This document shows positions 10,106-19,605 of a stretch of DNA of 37,659 nt, one piece after another. The translations under genes were made by a program, and so were the position numbers. How positions within the stretch are numbered: position 1 is the first letter of the stretch; every line of letters begins with the position of its first letter. The notes beneath the pieces are model-generated. The model was not told the origin of the DNA, ran no database searches, and saw nothing but the letters and a program-made list of their open reading frames with translations. The stretch comes from a virus (taxonomy: Duplodnaviria; Caudoviricetes): the IMG/VR virus record IMGVR_UViG_3300005805_000214, positions 1-37,659 of that record; one strand, 5' to 3'.

Positions 10106-10255
10106 ATGTCTGACCAAACTTTGCTTGATTGCCTGTATAACGAACTCATTAATTTGGATGAGCAGGCCGGATGTTTCGACGAAGAAACTAATGCTCGTAT
10201 TGACGAGCAGCGTAGCAAACTTTATAACCAGATTAAAGAATTGGAGGCAGCATAA
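10106..10255 (+). CDS. Hypothetical small protein
   Basis: SD AAGGAG then ATG 10106. TAATG overlap with the next gene. Confidence 0.6.
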   Translation: MSDQTLLDCLYNELINLDEQAGCFDEETNARIDEQRSKLYNQIKELEAA

Positions 10256-10647
10256 TGTTCGATCGTCAAGTTCATTTTATTACAAAGACCGATGGCCGGG
10301 GTTATTGGTCTGAAACATCAAAAACAGTTCGTATTAATCGTGTGCGTTTGGCTTACATTGATGACGAAACCGGTGACTTTGGTGAACTTAGAGCTTACTT
10401 TGATCCCAAGGAATGGGATGTGGACAACGACGGCTTAATTTATTCGGACATGGGTTGGAAGCATTCGTTCCTTACCTGTATGGAAAATGAATTTGGTTTC
10501 AGTCCGGATGCCATCCTTGACATCAGTTACAGCGAACAAGGTATGCAGGGTGACAATTATGTCAGTATGGATGTCGGTGGTCGGTTCATCATTGAATGTG
10601 ATGCACTGTATCGTTTCGCAGTTTACAAGGAAGCAGTAAATATCTAA
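10255..10647 (+). CDS. Hypothetical phage protein
   Basis: SD GGAGG, with TDGRGYWS, GLIYSD and YSEQGMQG motifs. Confidence 0.7.
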   Translation: MFDRQVHFITKTDGRGYWSETSKTVRINRVRLAYIDDETGDFGELRAYFDPKEWDVDNDGLIYSDMGWKHSFLTCMENEFGFSPDAILDISYSEQGMQGDNYVSMDVGGRFIIECDALYRFAVYKEAVNI

Positions 10648-10649
10648 TC

Positions 10650-10790
10650 ATGGAAAAGCAATCAATACAACACAAGCATAGAGCACATCGCGTTCTGTTT
10701 GAAAACGGTAGTCCGTTTCGATGCCGTACAGTTGAAAACAAGCGTAGATTTAAGCGTTCTGTAAAACATCGTAACCGGGAGGCACAATGA
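10650..10790 (+). CDS. 46-aa basic protein resembling alternative ribosome-rescue factor ArfA
   Basis: MEKQSIQHKHRAHRVLFENGSPFRCRTVENKRRFKRSVKHRNREAQ. Starts 2 nt after the upstream stop and ends in an ATGA overlap. Not in the ORF track. Confidence 0.6.
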   Translation: MEKQSIQHKHRAHRVLFENGSPFRCRTVENKRRFKRSVKHRNREAQ

Positions 10791-10966
10791 CACCAGACTA
10801 TGGACATCGTTATTATAAAGTACAGAGCTTTAATCGTAAGCGGCAGATAATCGACCGTACATTAGATGATCTACATAATTTGCAACTTGACATGATTGAC
10901 GAAGCAGTAAATCGCAGTAATTGTCAAGAAGCAAAAGAACTAATCCAGTGGATCATGGCCAAGTAA
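10787..10966 (+). CDS. 59-aa hypothetical protein
   Basis: SD GGAGG and ATGA overlap; MTPDYGHRYY...ELIQWIMAK. Below the ORF-track cutoff. Confidence 0.6.
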   Translation: MTPDYGHRYYKVQSFNRKRQIIDRTLDDLHNLQLDMIDEAVNRSNCQEAKELIQWIMAK

Positions 10967-10976
10967 TAAATATCTG

Positions 10977-11972
10977 ATGATTCCATCGGATGTATTTTAT
11001 CAAAATAAAAAAATTATAGAAATAAAAAATAACACAGGCGGTCTTTACTTAACCTGGGTTATTAATAACATCTGCACTAACCATTGTTCGTATTGTCCAG
11101 AAATATTACATACAGGACAAAATCATAGCTACGATTGGGAACAGGTCAAACGGTTTGTGTTAGATTGTAATTCTAGATACGGACACATCAACTGTTCAAT
11201 TTCCGGCGGCGAACCGACTCTAAGTCCTTTCTTTAAAGATCTTGTAAACCTAATCTACGACACTGGCGGATCAATAGTACTGACTACTAACTTGGCAAGA
11301 ACTAAATCCTGGTGGACTGACATTGTTCCTAAGATTAGTAATATGTCAATAAGTTATCATTCAGAGTTTGTACCAGAAGAACTAGAAGATGAATACATTG
11401 AAAAAATTTTATACGTCAAAGAGTTCACCTATGTAAATGTAAGAGTAATGATGTATCCACCTAGGTGGGATAGATGTATAAATTTTTATAATAAATTAAA
11501 AGATAAACTATCAGGATTTAGTTTAGAGATAGTACGAATAACTCCTAACTTCGGCGCTGAACAAGATTTTTGTACAATAAATTATAATGCCGAGCAAGAA
11601 AAAATCCTTAGCTCTACTCCAGTCCTACAAGTATCGCAGCCCAAGCCCGCGGGCTACAGGCCAACACCTGATAATTATCAAGTCTTATTCTACGATAATC
11701 AAACAGCAAGTTTTGATTATTCTATTGCCAGCTCCTTGCAAAACACAAATCAAAATAACTTTTATGGATGGGAATGTAATCTAGGATTAGAAAGCCTGTT
11801 TGTTATGTATGATGGTCGTGTAAGAAGTGCGAATTGTCAAGAAGATTCTGGTTGGATAGGTAACATTAATACTGGTATAGAATGGCCTACTCAAAGCATG
11901 ATTTGTAATAAGAAAATGTGTCACTGTATGGCGGATTTATTTATAAGCAAAAAACAAGTAAAATTGAGCTAA
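10977..11972 (+). CDS. Radical SAM protein with C-terminal Cys-rich (SPASM/twitch-like) domain
   Basis: CTNHCSYC, SGGEPT, TTN, SYH and C-terminal C...C...CxxxxCxC. Confidence 0.85.
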   Translation: MIPSDVFYQNKKIIEIKNNTGGLYLTWVINNICTNHCSYCPEILHTGQNHSYDWEQVKRFVLDCNSRYGHINCSISGGEPTLSPFFKDLVNLIYDTGGSIVLTTNLARTKSWWTDIVPKISNMSISYHSEFVPEELEDEYIEKILYVKEFTYVNVRVMMYPPRWDRCINFYNKLKDKLSGFSLEIVRITPNFGAEQDFCTINYNAEQEKILSSTPVLQVSQPKPAGYRPTPDNYQVLFYDNQTASFDYSIASSLQNTNQNNFYGWECNLGLESLFVMYDGRVRSANCQEDSGWIGNINTGIEWPTQSMICNKKMCHCMADLFISKKQVKLS

Positions 11973-11980
11973 ATACTCTT

Positions 11981-12277
11981 ATGAAGATTACAGATATTAT
12001 TCGGGGTATATTAGACCTAATAGACGGTGCAGAAGCGCCTGAGCAAGAGCCCGGTATTACCATTGCAGTAGATGTAGAGCCGGAAGCAGAAATCATGGAC
12101 ATGCAGCGTTTAGCAGGAATACTAGCAGACCCAGAATTTGCTAACGAGCCTAACACTATTGTTGCTCCTGTTGGAGCAGCATTTCCTACAGGCGACGATG
12201 TGCATCAAAGCAAAAACCCTGCAGATATTAGAACAGATAGTATTAGTATGTTTCCAAATTGGCAAGCAAGGAAATAA
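11981..12277 (+). CDS. Hypothetical acidic protein
   Basis: ATG 11981 lies 5 nt after TAAATA. Confidence 0.6.
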   Translation: MKITDIIRGILDLIDGAEAPEQEPGITIAVDVEPEAEIMDMQRLAGILADPEFANEPNTIVAPVGAAFPTGDDVHQSKNPADIRTDSISMFPNWQARK

Positions 12278-12279
12278 CA

Positions 12280-12924
12280 ATGTCAGCAAATGGAATAGCA
12301 CAATTACCAACTAGAGAGTTGAGACAAAAAGCAAAACTAGATTTAGCGGCATCAGATAGAGCAGCGGCCGGCGATCCAAGATCCACTTACGATATAACTT
12401 TACTGCCAACACAATTCAATGACAATGCTACAGTAGATAATCCCAACACCACAGGTTTACTTTTAGGTAGACCGTGGATCAATACCGTTTCTGCTTTCAC
12501 ATTTTATGAAGCATTTGGTACAACATCCGCTTTAGAAACCACACAATATGTAAGTGGTAATAAAATATACGCTTACTCAAGCTCATATGATGTTCCTGGA
12601 TATCAAAATGCTAGAATTGTTGTCAATGACATTGAAATAGTAAACACAGCCAGCCGAGGACATACCCTAGCTATATTAGATTCATATGGCGATACTGTAA
12701 GTATTAATTCGTACGATACATACATCGATCCTGGCTCATTGACCACACTAGCCAACGCACTTAACGGGGTTGCTAGTGGTAATATTGTGGTTTTAGTTGT
12801 CTACGATGCCTCTGCTTTAAATGCTGGAGTTAGATCTGCTATCAATACCGGATACGGGTCAACTAATAGTAATACTTGGACTGCCAGTAGAGTAGATCAC
12901 ATTTTTATTGGGGTTAAGGTTTAA
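12280..12924 (+). CDS. Putative virion protein with C-terminal ILEI/GG-lectin-like domain
   Basis: RGHTLAILD..G.....SYDTY...LANALNGV..GNIVVLVVYDA...R...FIGVK matches the ILEI/PANDER pattern. Confidence 0.6.
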   Translation: MSANGIAQLPTRELRQKAKLDLAASDRAAAGDPRSTYDITLLPTQFNDNATVDNPNTTGLLLGRPWINTVSAFTFYEAFGTTSALETTQYVSGNKIYAYSSSYDVPGYQNARIVVNDIEIVNTASRGHTLAILDSYGDTVSINSYDTYIDPGSLTTLANALNGVASGNIVVLVVYDASALNAGVRSAINTGYGSTNSNTWTASRVDHIFIGVKV

Positions 12925-12927
12925 TAG

Positions 12928-14577
12928 ATGGCCTATGTAAAACCCAGTGCCGGCCGCGGCGATAAACGCCAAAACACCACCGACTACGAACATCCACAAG
13001 AAACCAATCTACTAGATCTACATCGTGCCATGGAATATGACTTGGCCGGCAAACCACAGATCCGTGTTGCTGCCAAATTGAGTGCTCCTAGTATTGCTGG
13101 TCAGGTATCGGCATTTGGTGAACCTCTTGCTATCAGTCCCACCGCAGTTATACAACTTGATGGCATATACGGAACTACACCGGATGTGATCCAAACCTAT
13201 ACAAACGGTACAGGGTCATCTGCGGGATCTGTAAATCAAATGTTCAAGGTCACAACTGGTACCACGCAAGGCGGCTATGGTGTACTACGTTCAAAACGAT
13301 TCATGCGTTATAGACCTGGGCAAGGTATAGTCACAAGATTCACAGCAGCGTTTACACAAGGTGTAACAGGTAGTCTACAATTTGCAGGACTGAACAATCA
13401 AGAAAATCGCTTGGCATTTGGATTTGATGGTAATCGATTTGGTATTTGTCGAGCCACTGGCGGCAAAGCCACAATTTATGTAATGGACATGACTGTGGCT
13501 CCTAATGCTACGCAAACTGCCACTATCACATTAAACGGTGTGGCATATACAGTTACACTAGGCAACACCAGTGAGGATGTTGCCATTCAAACTATTACAA
13601 ATCGTGTGGGTGGATATGGTGGCTGGTTGTTCCAACAAACTGATGGTGCTATGTTATGGTTAGCACCTACACTTGGACCAATGAATGGTACATTCTCATT
13701 TACTAGCACTGGAAATGCACAGGCCACATTTGAATTAAAACAACAGGGTGTAGATCAAACCAATTATTGGACTTATCAAGAAGATTGGAATATTGATAAG
13801 TTGGACGGTAGCAATACTATTACTACCAATCCCAGCGGCATGTTATTGGATCCTACCAAATTGAATGTGTACCAGATTGCTATGCGTTGGTTGGGAGCAG
13901 GTGCTATCAGTTATGCATTAGAAGACCAAGCATCTGGATCCTTGGTGTATGTGCATAGAGAACATTATGTCAATCAATATACTACCCCACATATTGCCAA
14001 TCCCAGTTTCAAAATAACCTATGCAGCCTATAATACAACCAATACCAGTAATCTTGCTGTGACAGGTGGCAGTATGTACGGTGCTGTAGAAGGCACCATA
14101 TTTCAAAACGAGCTTACTCGCAGTCACAGTGTGTCAAAAGCCACCCTGGCACAAAATGTCACACACCATATGATGACTATCAAGAACAGTGTGGTCACAA
14201 ATGGTTTAGCCGGAGCCAACAATGGTAATTACATTATCAATGTCAAAGAAGCCATTGTAAAAAGTTTAAGTGTTTCGGTACAGGCAACCGATCCATCACA
14301 GTTGTTTTTGTTTTTTGATCCTGCCAGTTTTTCGGGCACACACTTGTATTACAACATTCCCTACGCCAACGAAGTGTATAGTGCAGCCACAGGCACACTA
14401 GACCTTGCTGTGGATACTCCTGTTTATAATGGTTTAAATGCCATCAACGGAACTGTGAATATAGATTTGAGTCCTTATAGAATAACTATTCCGCCAGGCA
14501 GTCAGGTCAGCATAGCTATACGAAGCACCAATGGTATCACACAGGCCACAGTGGCCTTGGTTTGGTCAGAAGATTAA
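12928..14577 (+). CDS. Putative virion structural protein (beta-rich, lectin-like)
   Basis: Thr/Gly/Asn-rich. SAFGE, RYRPGQG and Q.DWNIDKLDG..PSG..LDPTK.NVYQI...WLGAG motifs of a recurrent phage structural family. Confidence 0.6.
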   Translation: MAYVKPSAGRGDKRQNTTDYEHPQETNLLDLHRAMEYDLAGKPQIRVAAKLSAPSIAGQVSAFGEPLAISPTAVIQLDGIYGTTPDVIQTYTNGTGSSAGSVNQMFKVTTGTTQGGYGVLRSKRFMRYRPGQGIVTRFTAAFTQGVTGSLQFAGLNNQENRLAFGFDGNRFGICRATGGKATIYVMDMTVAPNATQTATITLNGVAYTVTLGNTSEDVAIQTITNRVGGYGGWLFQQTDGAMLWLAPTLGPMNGTFSFTSTGNAQATFELKQQGVDQTNYWTYQEDWNIDKLDGSNTITTNPSGMLLDPTKLNVYQIAMRWLGAGAISYALEDQASGSLVYVHREHYVNQYTTPHIANPSFKITYAAYNTTNTSNLAVTGGSMYGAVEGTIFQNELTRSHSVSKATLAQNVTHHMMTIKNSVVTNGLAGANNGNYIINVKEAIVKSLSVSVQATDPSQLFLFFDPASFSGTHLYYNIPYANEVYSAATGTLDLAVDTPVYNGLNAINGTVNIDLSPYRITIPPGSQVSIAIRSTNGITQATVALVWSED

Positions 14578-14587
14578 GCCAAAACAG

Positions 14588-14637
14588 TTGACAAATCAAT
14601 AACACTCTAGTATTCTTAATCTACTATTCTATAAATA
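14588..14637 (+). promoter_or_regulatory. Tandem sigma70-type promoter and T4-late-like TATAAATA box
   Basis: TTGACA(14588)-17 nt-TATTCT(14611). TATAAATA at 14630-14637 lies 6 nt before the ATG. Confidence 0.65.
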
Positions 14638-14643
14638 CACTCT

Positions 14644-16278
14644 ATGTTATTTGGATCACTAATCATGTTAGTGGCCATTACCATTTCAGCAATTGCTGCT
14701 TGGTATTCGGTCGCCGGTCTCACTGCCATCTTCAGTGCAGCAGTTGTTCCTGTTATTATCATGGGAGGAGCACTAGAGGCTGGCAAATTGGTTGCTACAG
14801 TTTGGCTACACAATAATTGGAAGCGAGCCGGTTGGGTGTTCAAGGCCTATCTTATTCCGGCCATTGTTTTCTTGATGCTGTTGACCAGCATGGGTATATT
14901 TGGTTTCCTTTCTAAAGCACATTCAGATCAAAGTTTGGTTACCGGTGACGCCACGAGTAAGGTTGCTATTTACGATGAAAAGATTGCCACTGAAAGAGAA
15001 AACATAGCACAGGCCAAGAAGGCCATTGAACAAATGAATGCACAAGTGGATCAAATGCTTGGCAGAACTGACTCGGAACGAGGCACAGACAAGGCTGTTG
15101 TTATTCGTAAACAACAAGCCAAAGAAAGAACAGCATTACAAGCAGAAATAGCGAAGAGCCAGAAAGAAATTCAAAAGTTACAAGCCGAGCGAGCACCATT
15201 TGCTGCCGAGGCTAGAAAGGTAGAGGCCGAAGTTGGACCTATCAAATATATTGCTGCTCTTATCTACGGCGACAATCCCGATCAAAATATTCTTGAGCGT
15301 GCTGTACGTTGGGTTATTATACTTATTGTTATTGTTTTTGATCCGCTTGCCTTGACACTTATTCTTGCTGCCAATAAACAATTCGAATGGGCCAGACAAG
15401 GTCAAGGCGGATGGGTTCACGATGAGGAAGAAAAAACCGACCGGAGGGATGAATCGCGAGACGAATCTCATACAGCAAACTCAGGGGATGGAAACCTGAC
15501 ACTTTATAATGAACCTTCAGTAACTAATACCTTTACATCAAATGTGTATGTTCCAGAAATGGATCCTGAACTAGAGCAATGGTTTAAAAACGGAACATTA
15601 GTAGCTCGAGCATTAGATCAGGAAGACGAAAAAAATCGTGCCGAAGAGGCCAATGCGGCTGCTGCAACAATAGAAAAAGAAGAGCCAGATCTTGACATTC
15701 CTGTTTTGGAAAATGAAGAAATGTGGGCTAGTCGTGTGATTGATGAAAACAAAGTAGAAACTCCTGCAGAGGAAGAAAAGTCTATTGACGTAGCACAAGG
15801 TTTAGAGGATATGCCACTTCCCCCTGCAGAAGAATCTAAAAATGAATCAAAACCCATTGATGAATTTAATACACCTATACGTAGAGGTGCAGATTACGCT
15901 GTTCGCTATCAAGGTAAAGTGTATAACTTAGATGCGTTTAATTCATTACACCCTAGTTTGGCTATTAAAGCAGATAATGAAACACTCACTAATGCAAGTC
16001 AATGTGGGTTTGGTGATCGATTTCCAAATGATCCAATGAAAGGTGATATGTTTATTAGAACAGATTATCTTCCGGAAAAACTATTTAAATGGAATGGTGC
16101 TAAATGGATCGAAGTAGACAAAAATTCAACAGACAGTTACACTTACAATCAAGCATACATACAACACCTGATTCAAAAACTAGAAGCAGGTGAATACGAA
16201 ATTGAAGATTTAAACGAAGCTGAGCAAGCTCAAGTAGAACAACAGATCGAAGAAATTTTAAAAACTAAAAATGTATAG
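14644..16278 (+). CDS. Membrane protein with coiled coil, acidic linker and conserved C-terminal domain
   Basis: 3 N-terminal TMs, a heptad-rich region, a further TM, an E/D-rich linker and GFGDRFP..P.KGD.FIRTD...LFKWNG.KW. Confidence 0.75.
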   Translation: MLFGSLIMLVAITISAIAAWYSVAGLTAIFSAAVVPVIIMGGALEAGKLVATVWLHNNWKRAGWVFKAYLIPAIVFLMLLTSMGIFGFLSKAHSDQSLVTGDATSKVAIYDEKIATERENIAQAKKAIEQMNAQVDQMLGRTDSERGTDKAVVIRKQQAKERTALQAEIAKSQKEIQKLQAERAPFAAEARKVEAEVGPIKYIAALIYGDNPDQNILERAVRWVIILIVIVFDPLALTLILAANKQFEWARQGQGGWVHDEEEKTDRRDESRDESHTANSGDGNLTLYNEPSVTNTFTSNVYVPEMDPELEQWFKNGTLVARALDQEDEKNRAEEANAAAATIEKEEPDLDIPVLENEEMWASRVIDENKVETPAEEEKSIDVAQGLEDMPLPPAEESKNESKPIDEFNTPIRRGADYAVRYQGKVYNLDAFNSLHPSLAIKADNETLTNASQCGFGDRFPNDPMKGDMFIRTDYLPEKLFKWNGAKWIEVDKNSTDSYTYNQAYIQHLIQKLEAGEYEIEDLNEAEQAQVEQQIEEILKTKNV

Positions 16279-16621
16279 TAATTTTATAACACCACCAGAT
16301 TTTACAAATGAGGATAAACACACAGTTACAGTTATAGATGCAACAGATTCAGAAATAGAATTGCTTTGTAGAGTGGCACAAAATTCTATTGAAGATTATA
16401 ACATTTATCTTTATAAATCAGAAATGAGCAATGCAAATTGGTTGAGTCAAGCAATAAATTTAAGTGAATCTATAATTGTAAATATTGATATACATGATAA
16501 TTTAGATATTTTTAAGAATGAAAAAACTTATTACTATGGTAGCAAAACAATATTAAGCCCGGCTACAAAAATTAATTCAATTTTAGATTATTTTCAAATG
16601 CGTCAAATTAAACATAAATAA
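16271..16621 (+). CDS. Hypothetical protein
   Basis: Overlaps the upstream stop. N-terminal SNFITPPD. Confidence 0.65.
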   Translation: MYSNFITPPDFTNEDKHTVTVIDATDSEIELLCRVAQNSIEDYNIYLYKSEMSNANWLSQAINLSESIIVNIDIHDNLDIFKNEKTYYYGSKTILSPATKINSILDYFQMRQIKHK

Positions 16622-16626
16622 CATCT

Positions 16627-16863
16627 ATGCAAGATAAATCTTTTAAAATACTAGGCAACTTAGTTTACGTAAGCAACGACAACGTAGAAAAAGCACTAAG
16701 AAAATTTAAAAAGAAAGTTCAAGAGTCAGGTACACTGCAAACTCTTAGAGAGCGTGAAACCTACGAAAAACCTACTACACGTCGTAAAAAAGCCAAAGCA
16801 GCAGCAAAACGTCGTTGGAAGAAAAAACTAGCCGACGAGCAGTTACCAAAAAAATTGTTCTAA
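16627..16863 (+). CDS. rpsU: Ribosomal protein bS21
   Basis: V.V..DNVEKALRKFKKKV..SG.LQ.LRERE.YEKPTTRRKKAKAAAKRR. Confidence 0.92.
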   Translation: MQDKSFKILGNLVYVSNDNVEKALRKFKKKVQESGTLQTLRERETYEKPTTRRKKAKAAAKRRWKKKLADEQLPKKLF

Positions 16864-17111
16864 TGTATATAGAATTCCATCTCCCTGAACTTCCTAGTCC
16901 GGGGAACGGAATTCCGTTTGTAATTAATTGCATAGAAATGGACATTGAAAATTGGACCAAACAGCACGATATTACTTTGTATAAAACCAAAAGACATAAA
17001 AATACTTATAGGCTTGTACTGAAAGATGACCAAGCCTATTCACATTTTGCATTAACATGGAACCCAATGTGGGCTGCTTCAAAACATTTTATTTTTAAAC
17101 AACCAAAATAA
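16863..17111 (+). CDS. Small protein, outlying member of the F-x-L-x-W paralogue family
   Basis: TAATG coupled to bS21. IENWTKQH ... RLVLKDDQAYSHFALTW. Confidence 0.6.
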   Translation: MYIEFHLPELPSPGNGIPFVINCIEMDIENWTKQHDITLYKTKRHKNTYRLVLKDDQAYSHFALTWNPMWAASKHFIFKQPK

Positions 17112-17154
17112 TTGCGGCAGAACACAAAAAAAATATATAATACAGGTATAAATA
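17112..17154 (+). promoter_or_regulatory. dnaK promoters: sigma70-like plus late TATAAATA
   Basis: TTGCGG(17112)-18 nt-TATAAT(17136), and TATAAATA at 17147-17154. Confidence 0.55.
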
Positions 17155-17210
17155 ATTGTGTAGGGTGCTTCGGGCCCACAATTATACTTGCTTAATTTTA
17201 AGGAGAAACT
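17154..17210 (+). promoter_or_regulatory. ROSE-like RNA thermometer leader of dnaK
   Basis: AATTGTG/CACAATT stem with a UUCG-capped inner hairpin, then CTTGCTTAA pairing with TTAAGGAG (SD) with a bulged G. Confidence 0.55.
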
Positions 17211-19097
17211 ATGAGCACAATCATCGGTATTGATCTTGGTACCACCAATAGCTGCGTAGCAGTTGTCGAAAACGGAATCCCAAAAGTAATTGAAAATTCA
17301 GAAGGTGCTAGAACTACACCTAGTATTGTAGCCTACACTGCTGATGAAATTCTTGTTGGTGCAAGCGCCAAACGTCAAGCTGTTACTAATCCAAAAAATA
17401 CAATCTATGCTGCCAAGCGTTTGATCGGACGTAAATTCCGAGAACAGGCAGTTCAAAAAGACATCGACCTAATGCCGTATAAAATTATGGAAGCAAAAAA
17501 CGGCGATGCTTGGGTTGAAGCGTCAGGTAAAGAATTAGCACCTCCGCAGATTTCAGCAGAGGTCCTTCGTAAAATGAAAAAAACTGCCGAAGACTATCTT
17601 GGGCACGAAGTAACACAAGCGGTGATCACTGTTCCTGCTTATTTCAATGACAGTCAGCGCCAGGCTACCAAAGACGCAGGTGCAATTGCAGGCTTAGAAG
17701 TTCTGCGTATAATCAATGAGCCGACCGCAGCGGCGTTGGCTTACGGAGTAGACAAAAATGAAAAAACGGATCGTAAAATTGCTGTTTATGATCTTGGTGG
17801 CGGTACCTTTGATATATCTATTATCGACATCGCTAATGTGGATGGTGATAAACAATTCGAAGTACTTAGCACCAATGGGGATACATTCCTCGGAGGTGAA
17901 GACTTTGATCAAAGATTAATGGATTACCTAATTGCTGAGTTTAAGAAAGAAAGTGGTGTTGACCTCGCTAAAGATGTAATGGCATTACAACGTCTAAAAG
18001 AAGCAGCAGAACGAACAAAAATTGAACTTTCAAACAGCACACAAACAGATGTCAACTTGCCTTACATCACCGCAGATGCCACAGGCCCTAAACATTTGAA
18101 CATTAAAATTACTAGAGCCAAATTTGAAAGCCTAGTAGATGATTTGATTCAACGCAGTATTGAACCATGTCGCATAGCCATGCGTGACGCAGGTGTAACA
18201 GCCGCAGACATTGACGAAGTTATTCTTGTTGGTGGTCAAACTAGAATGCCGCGGGTTCAAGAAGCAGTTGAAAAACTATTTGGACGGGCACCACGCAGAG
18301 ATGTCAATCCAGATGAAGCAGTAGCGGCCGGAGCAGCAGTACAAGGTGCTGTTCTAGGCGGTGATCGTAAAGACGTTCTACTACTTGATGTGACCCCACT
18401 AAGCCTAGGCATCGAAACCATGGGTGGTGTGATGACCAAATTAATACAAAAGAACACCACAATACCAACTAAAAATAGTCAGGTGTTCAGCACAGCTGAG
18501 GATAATCAGCCTGCAGTTACTATCAAAGTCTATCAAGGTGAACGTGAACTTGTACAGCATAACAAACTGCTGGGCGAGTTCAATCTAGAAGGTATCGACC
18601 CCGCACCAAGAGGTCAGCCACAGATTGAAGTAACATTAGATGTTGATGCTAACGGTATTCTTAAAGTAAGTGCTCGGGATAAAAAGACTGGCAAAGAAAA
18701 CAAGATTACCATTAAGAGTGATTCTGGTCTGAGTAAAGAACAGATTGAGGAAATGATTCGCGATGCCGAAGCCAATGCTGACGCCGATAAAAAGCAACGT
18801 GAATTAATTGAAACACGTAACCAAGCGGATTCAGTAATTCACAAGGTCCGCACTGATCTAAAAGAAGTCGAAGGCAAACTTAACGAAGATCAGACGAAGA
18901 CGATACAAGATGCTATCGCGAAACTAGAAGAAGCCGTAGCAGGCACAGACAAGGAAGCTATTACTACACGGTTGAGTGAATTGTTTGTTGCCAGTAATGC
19001 GATCAATGAAGTAAAACAGCAGTCAACCGCACCAGAGTCTGCTCCGCCTAAAGCCGACGATGATGTGATTGACGCTGAATTTAAAGAAAAACCGTAA
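17211..19097 (+). CDS. dnaK: Hsp70 chaperone DnaK
   Basis: [45 protein letters not shown] and C-terminal DAEF. Confidence 0.98.
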   Translation: MSTIIGIDLGTTNSCVAVVENGIPKVIENSEGARTTPSIVAYTADEILVGASAKRQAVTNPKNTIYAAKRLIGRKFREQAVQKDIDLMPYKIMEAKNGDAWVEASGKELAPPQISAEVLRKMKKTAEDYLGHEVTQAVITVPAYFNDSQRQATKDAGAIAGLEVLRIINEPTAAALAYGVDKNEKTDRKIAVYDLGGGTFDISIIDIANVDGDKQFEVLSTNGDTFLGGEDFDQRLMDYLIAEFKKESGVDLAKDVMALQRLKEAAERTKIELSNSTQTDVNLPYITADATGPKHLNIKITRAKFESLVDDLIQRSIEPCRIAMRDAGVTAADIDEVILVGGQTRMPRVQEAVEKLFGRAPRRDVNPDEAVAAGAAVQGAVLGGDRKDVLLLDVTPLSLGIETMGGVMTKLIQKNTTIPTKNSQVFSTAEDNQPAVTIKVYQGERELVQHNKLLGEFNLEGIDPAPRGQPQIEVTLDVDANGILKVSARDKKTGKENKITIKSDSGLSKEQIEEMIRDAEANADADKKQRELIETRNQADSVIHKVRTDLKEVEGKLNEDQTKTIQDAIAKLEEAVAGTDKEAITTRLSELFVASNAINEVKQQSTAPESAPPKADDDVIDAEFKEKP

Positions 19098-19100
19098 AGA

Positions 19101-19167
19101 ATATGCGGCCTAGATGCCTTCGGGGTCTAGGCTCATATATGTCATTTTTGCTTAAGGAGAAAATACT
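19101..19167 (+). promoter_or_regulatory. ROSE-like RNA thermometer leader of hsp20
   Basis: GCCTAGA/TCTAGGC stem with a UUCG loop, extended by ATATG/CATAT, then TTTTTGC-TTAA-GGAGAA occluding the SD. Confidence 0.55.
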
Positions 19168-19605
19168 ATGACAACCTATATCACAACTTTTGATTTACCC
19201 ACTCTTGCTCGTCACGCTGTTGGTTTTGACCGACTGTTCAATGAGCTGAATCGTACCTTTGCTAACAGTAAAGTCAACGACAATTATCCTCCGCATAATA
19301 TCGTACAAATCGATGAAACACATTATGCTATTCAACTTGCCGTTGCTGGCTTTGCCGAGGATGAACTAGACATTGAGTACAAGGACAATGTTTTAACTAT
19401 ACGTGGAGAAAAGAAAGAAAAAGAAGAACTAACTTATCACTATCGTGGTATTAGTTCACGCAACTTTACTCGCAGTTTCCCACTGGCCGACCATATGGAA
19501 GTTCGTGGTGCTACTGTAGTAAATGGTATCCTGGCAGTTAGTATTGAGCATGTTGTTCCGGAGGAAGACAAGCCCAAGAAGATACAAATTGTATTTTCTA
19601 GGTAA
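19168..19605 (+). CDS. Small heat shock protein, Hsp20/IbpA family
   Basis: VGFDRLF, NYPPHNI, LAVAGF, YRGISSRNFTRSF.LA, A...NGIL and PEEDKPKKI. Confidence 0.95.
   Translation: MTTYITTFDLPTLARHAVGFDRLFNELNRTFANSKVNDNYPPHNIVQIDETHYAIQLAVAGFAEDELDIEYKDNVLTIRGEKKEKEELTYHYRGISSRNFTRSFPLADHMEVRGATVVNGILAVSIEHVVPEEDKPKKIQIVFSR

Noticed and set aside
17100-17210. CIRCE operator upstream of dnaK
   Set aside because: The inverted repeat does not match TTAGCACTC-N9-GAGTGCTAA.
19101-19140. Hairpin after dnaK as a simple intrinsic terminator
   Set aside because: There is no U-tract directly after the stem, and a related hairpin precedes dnaK, so a leader element fits better.
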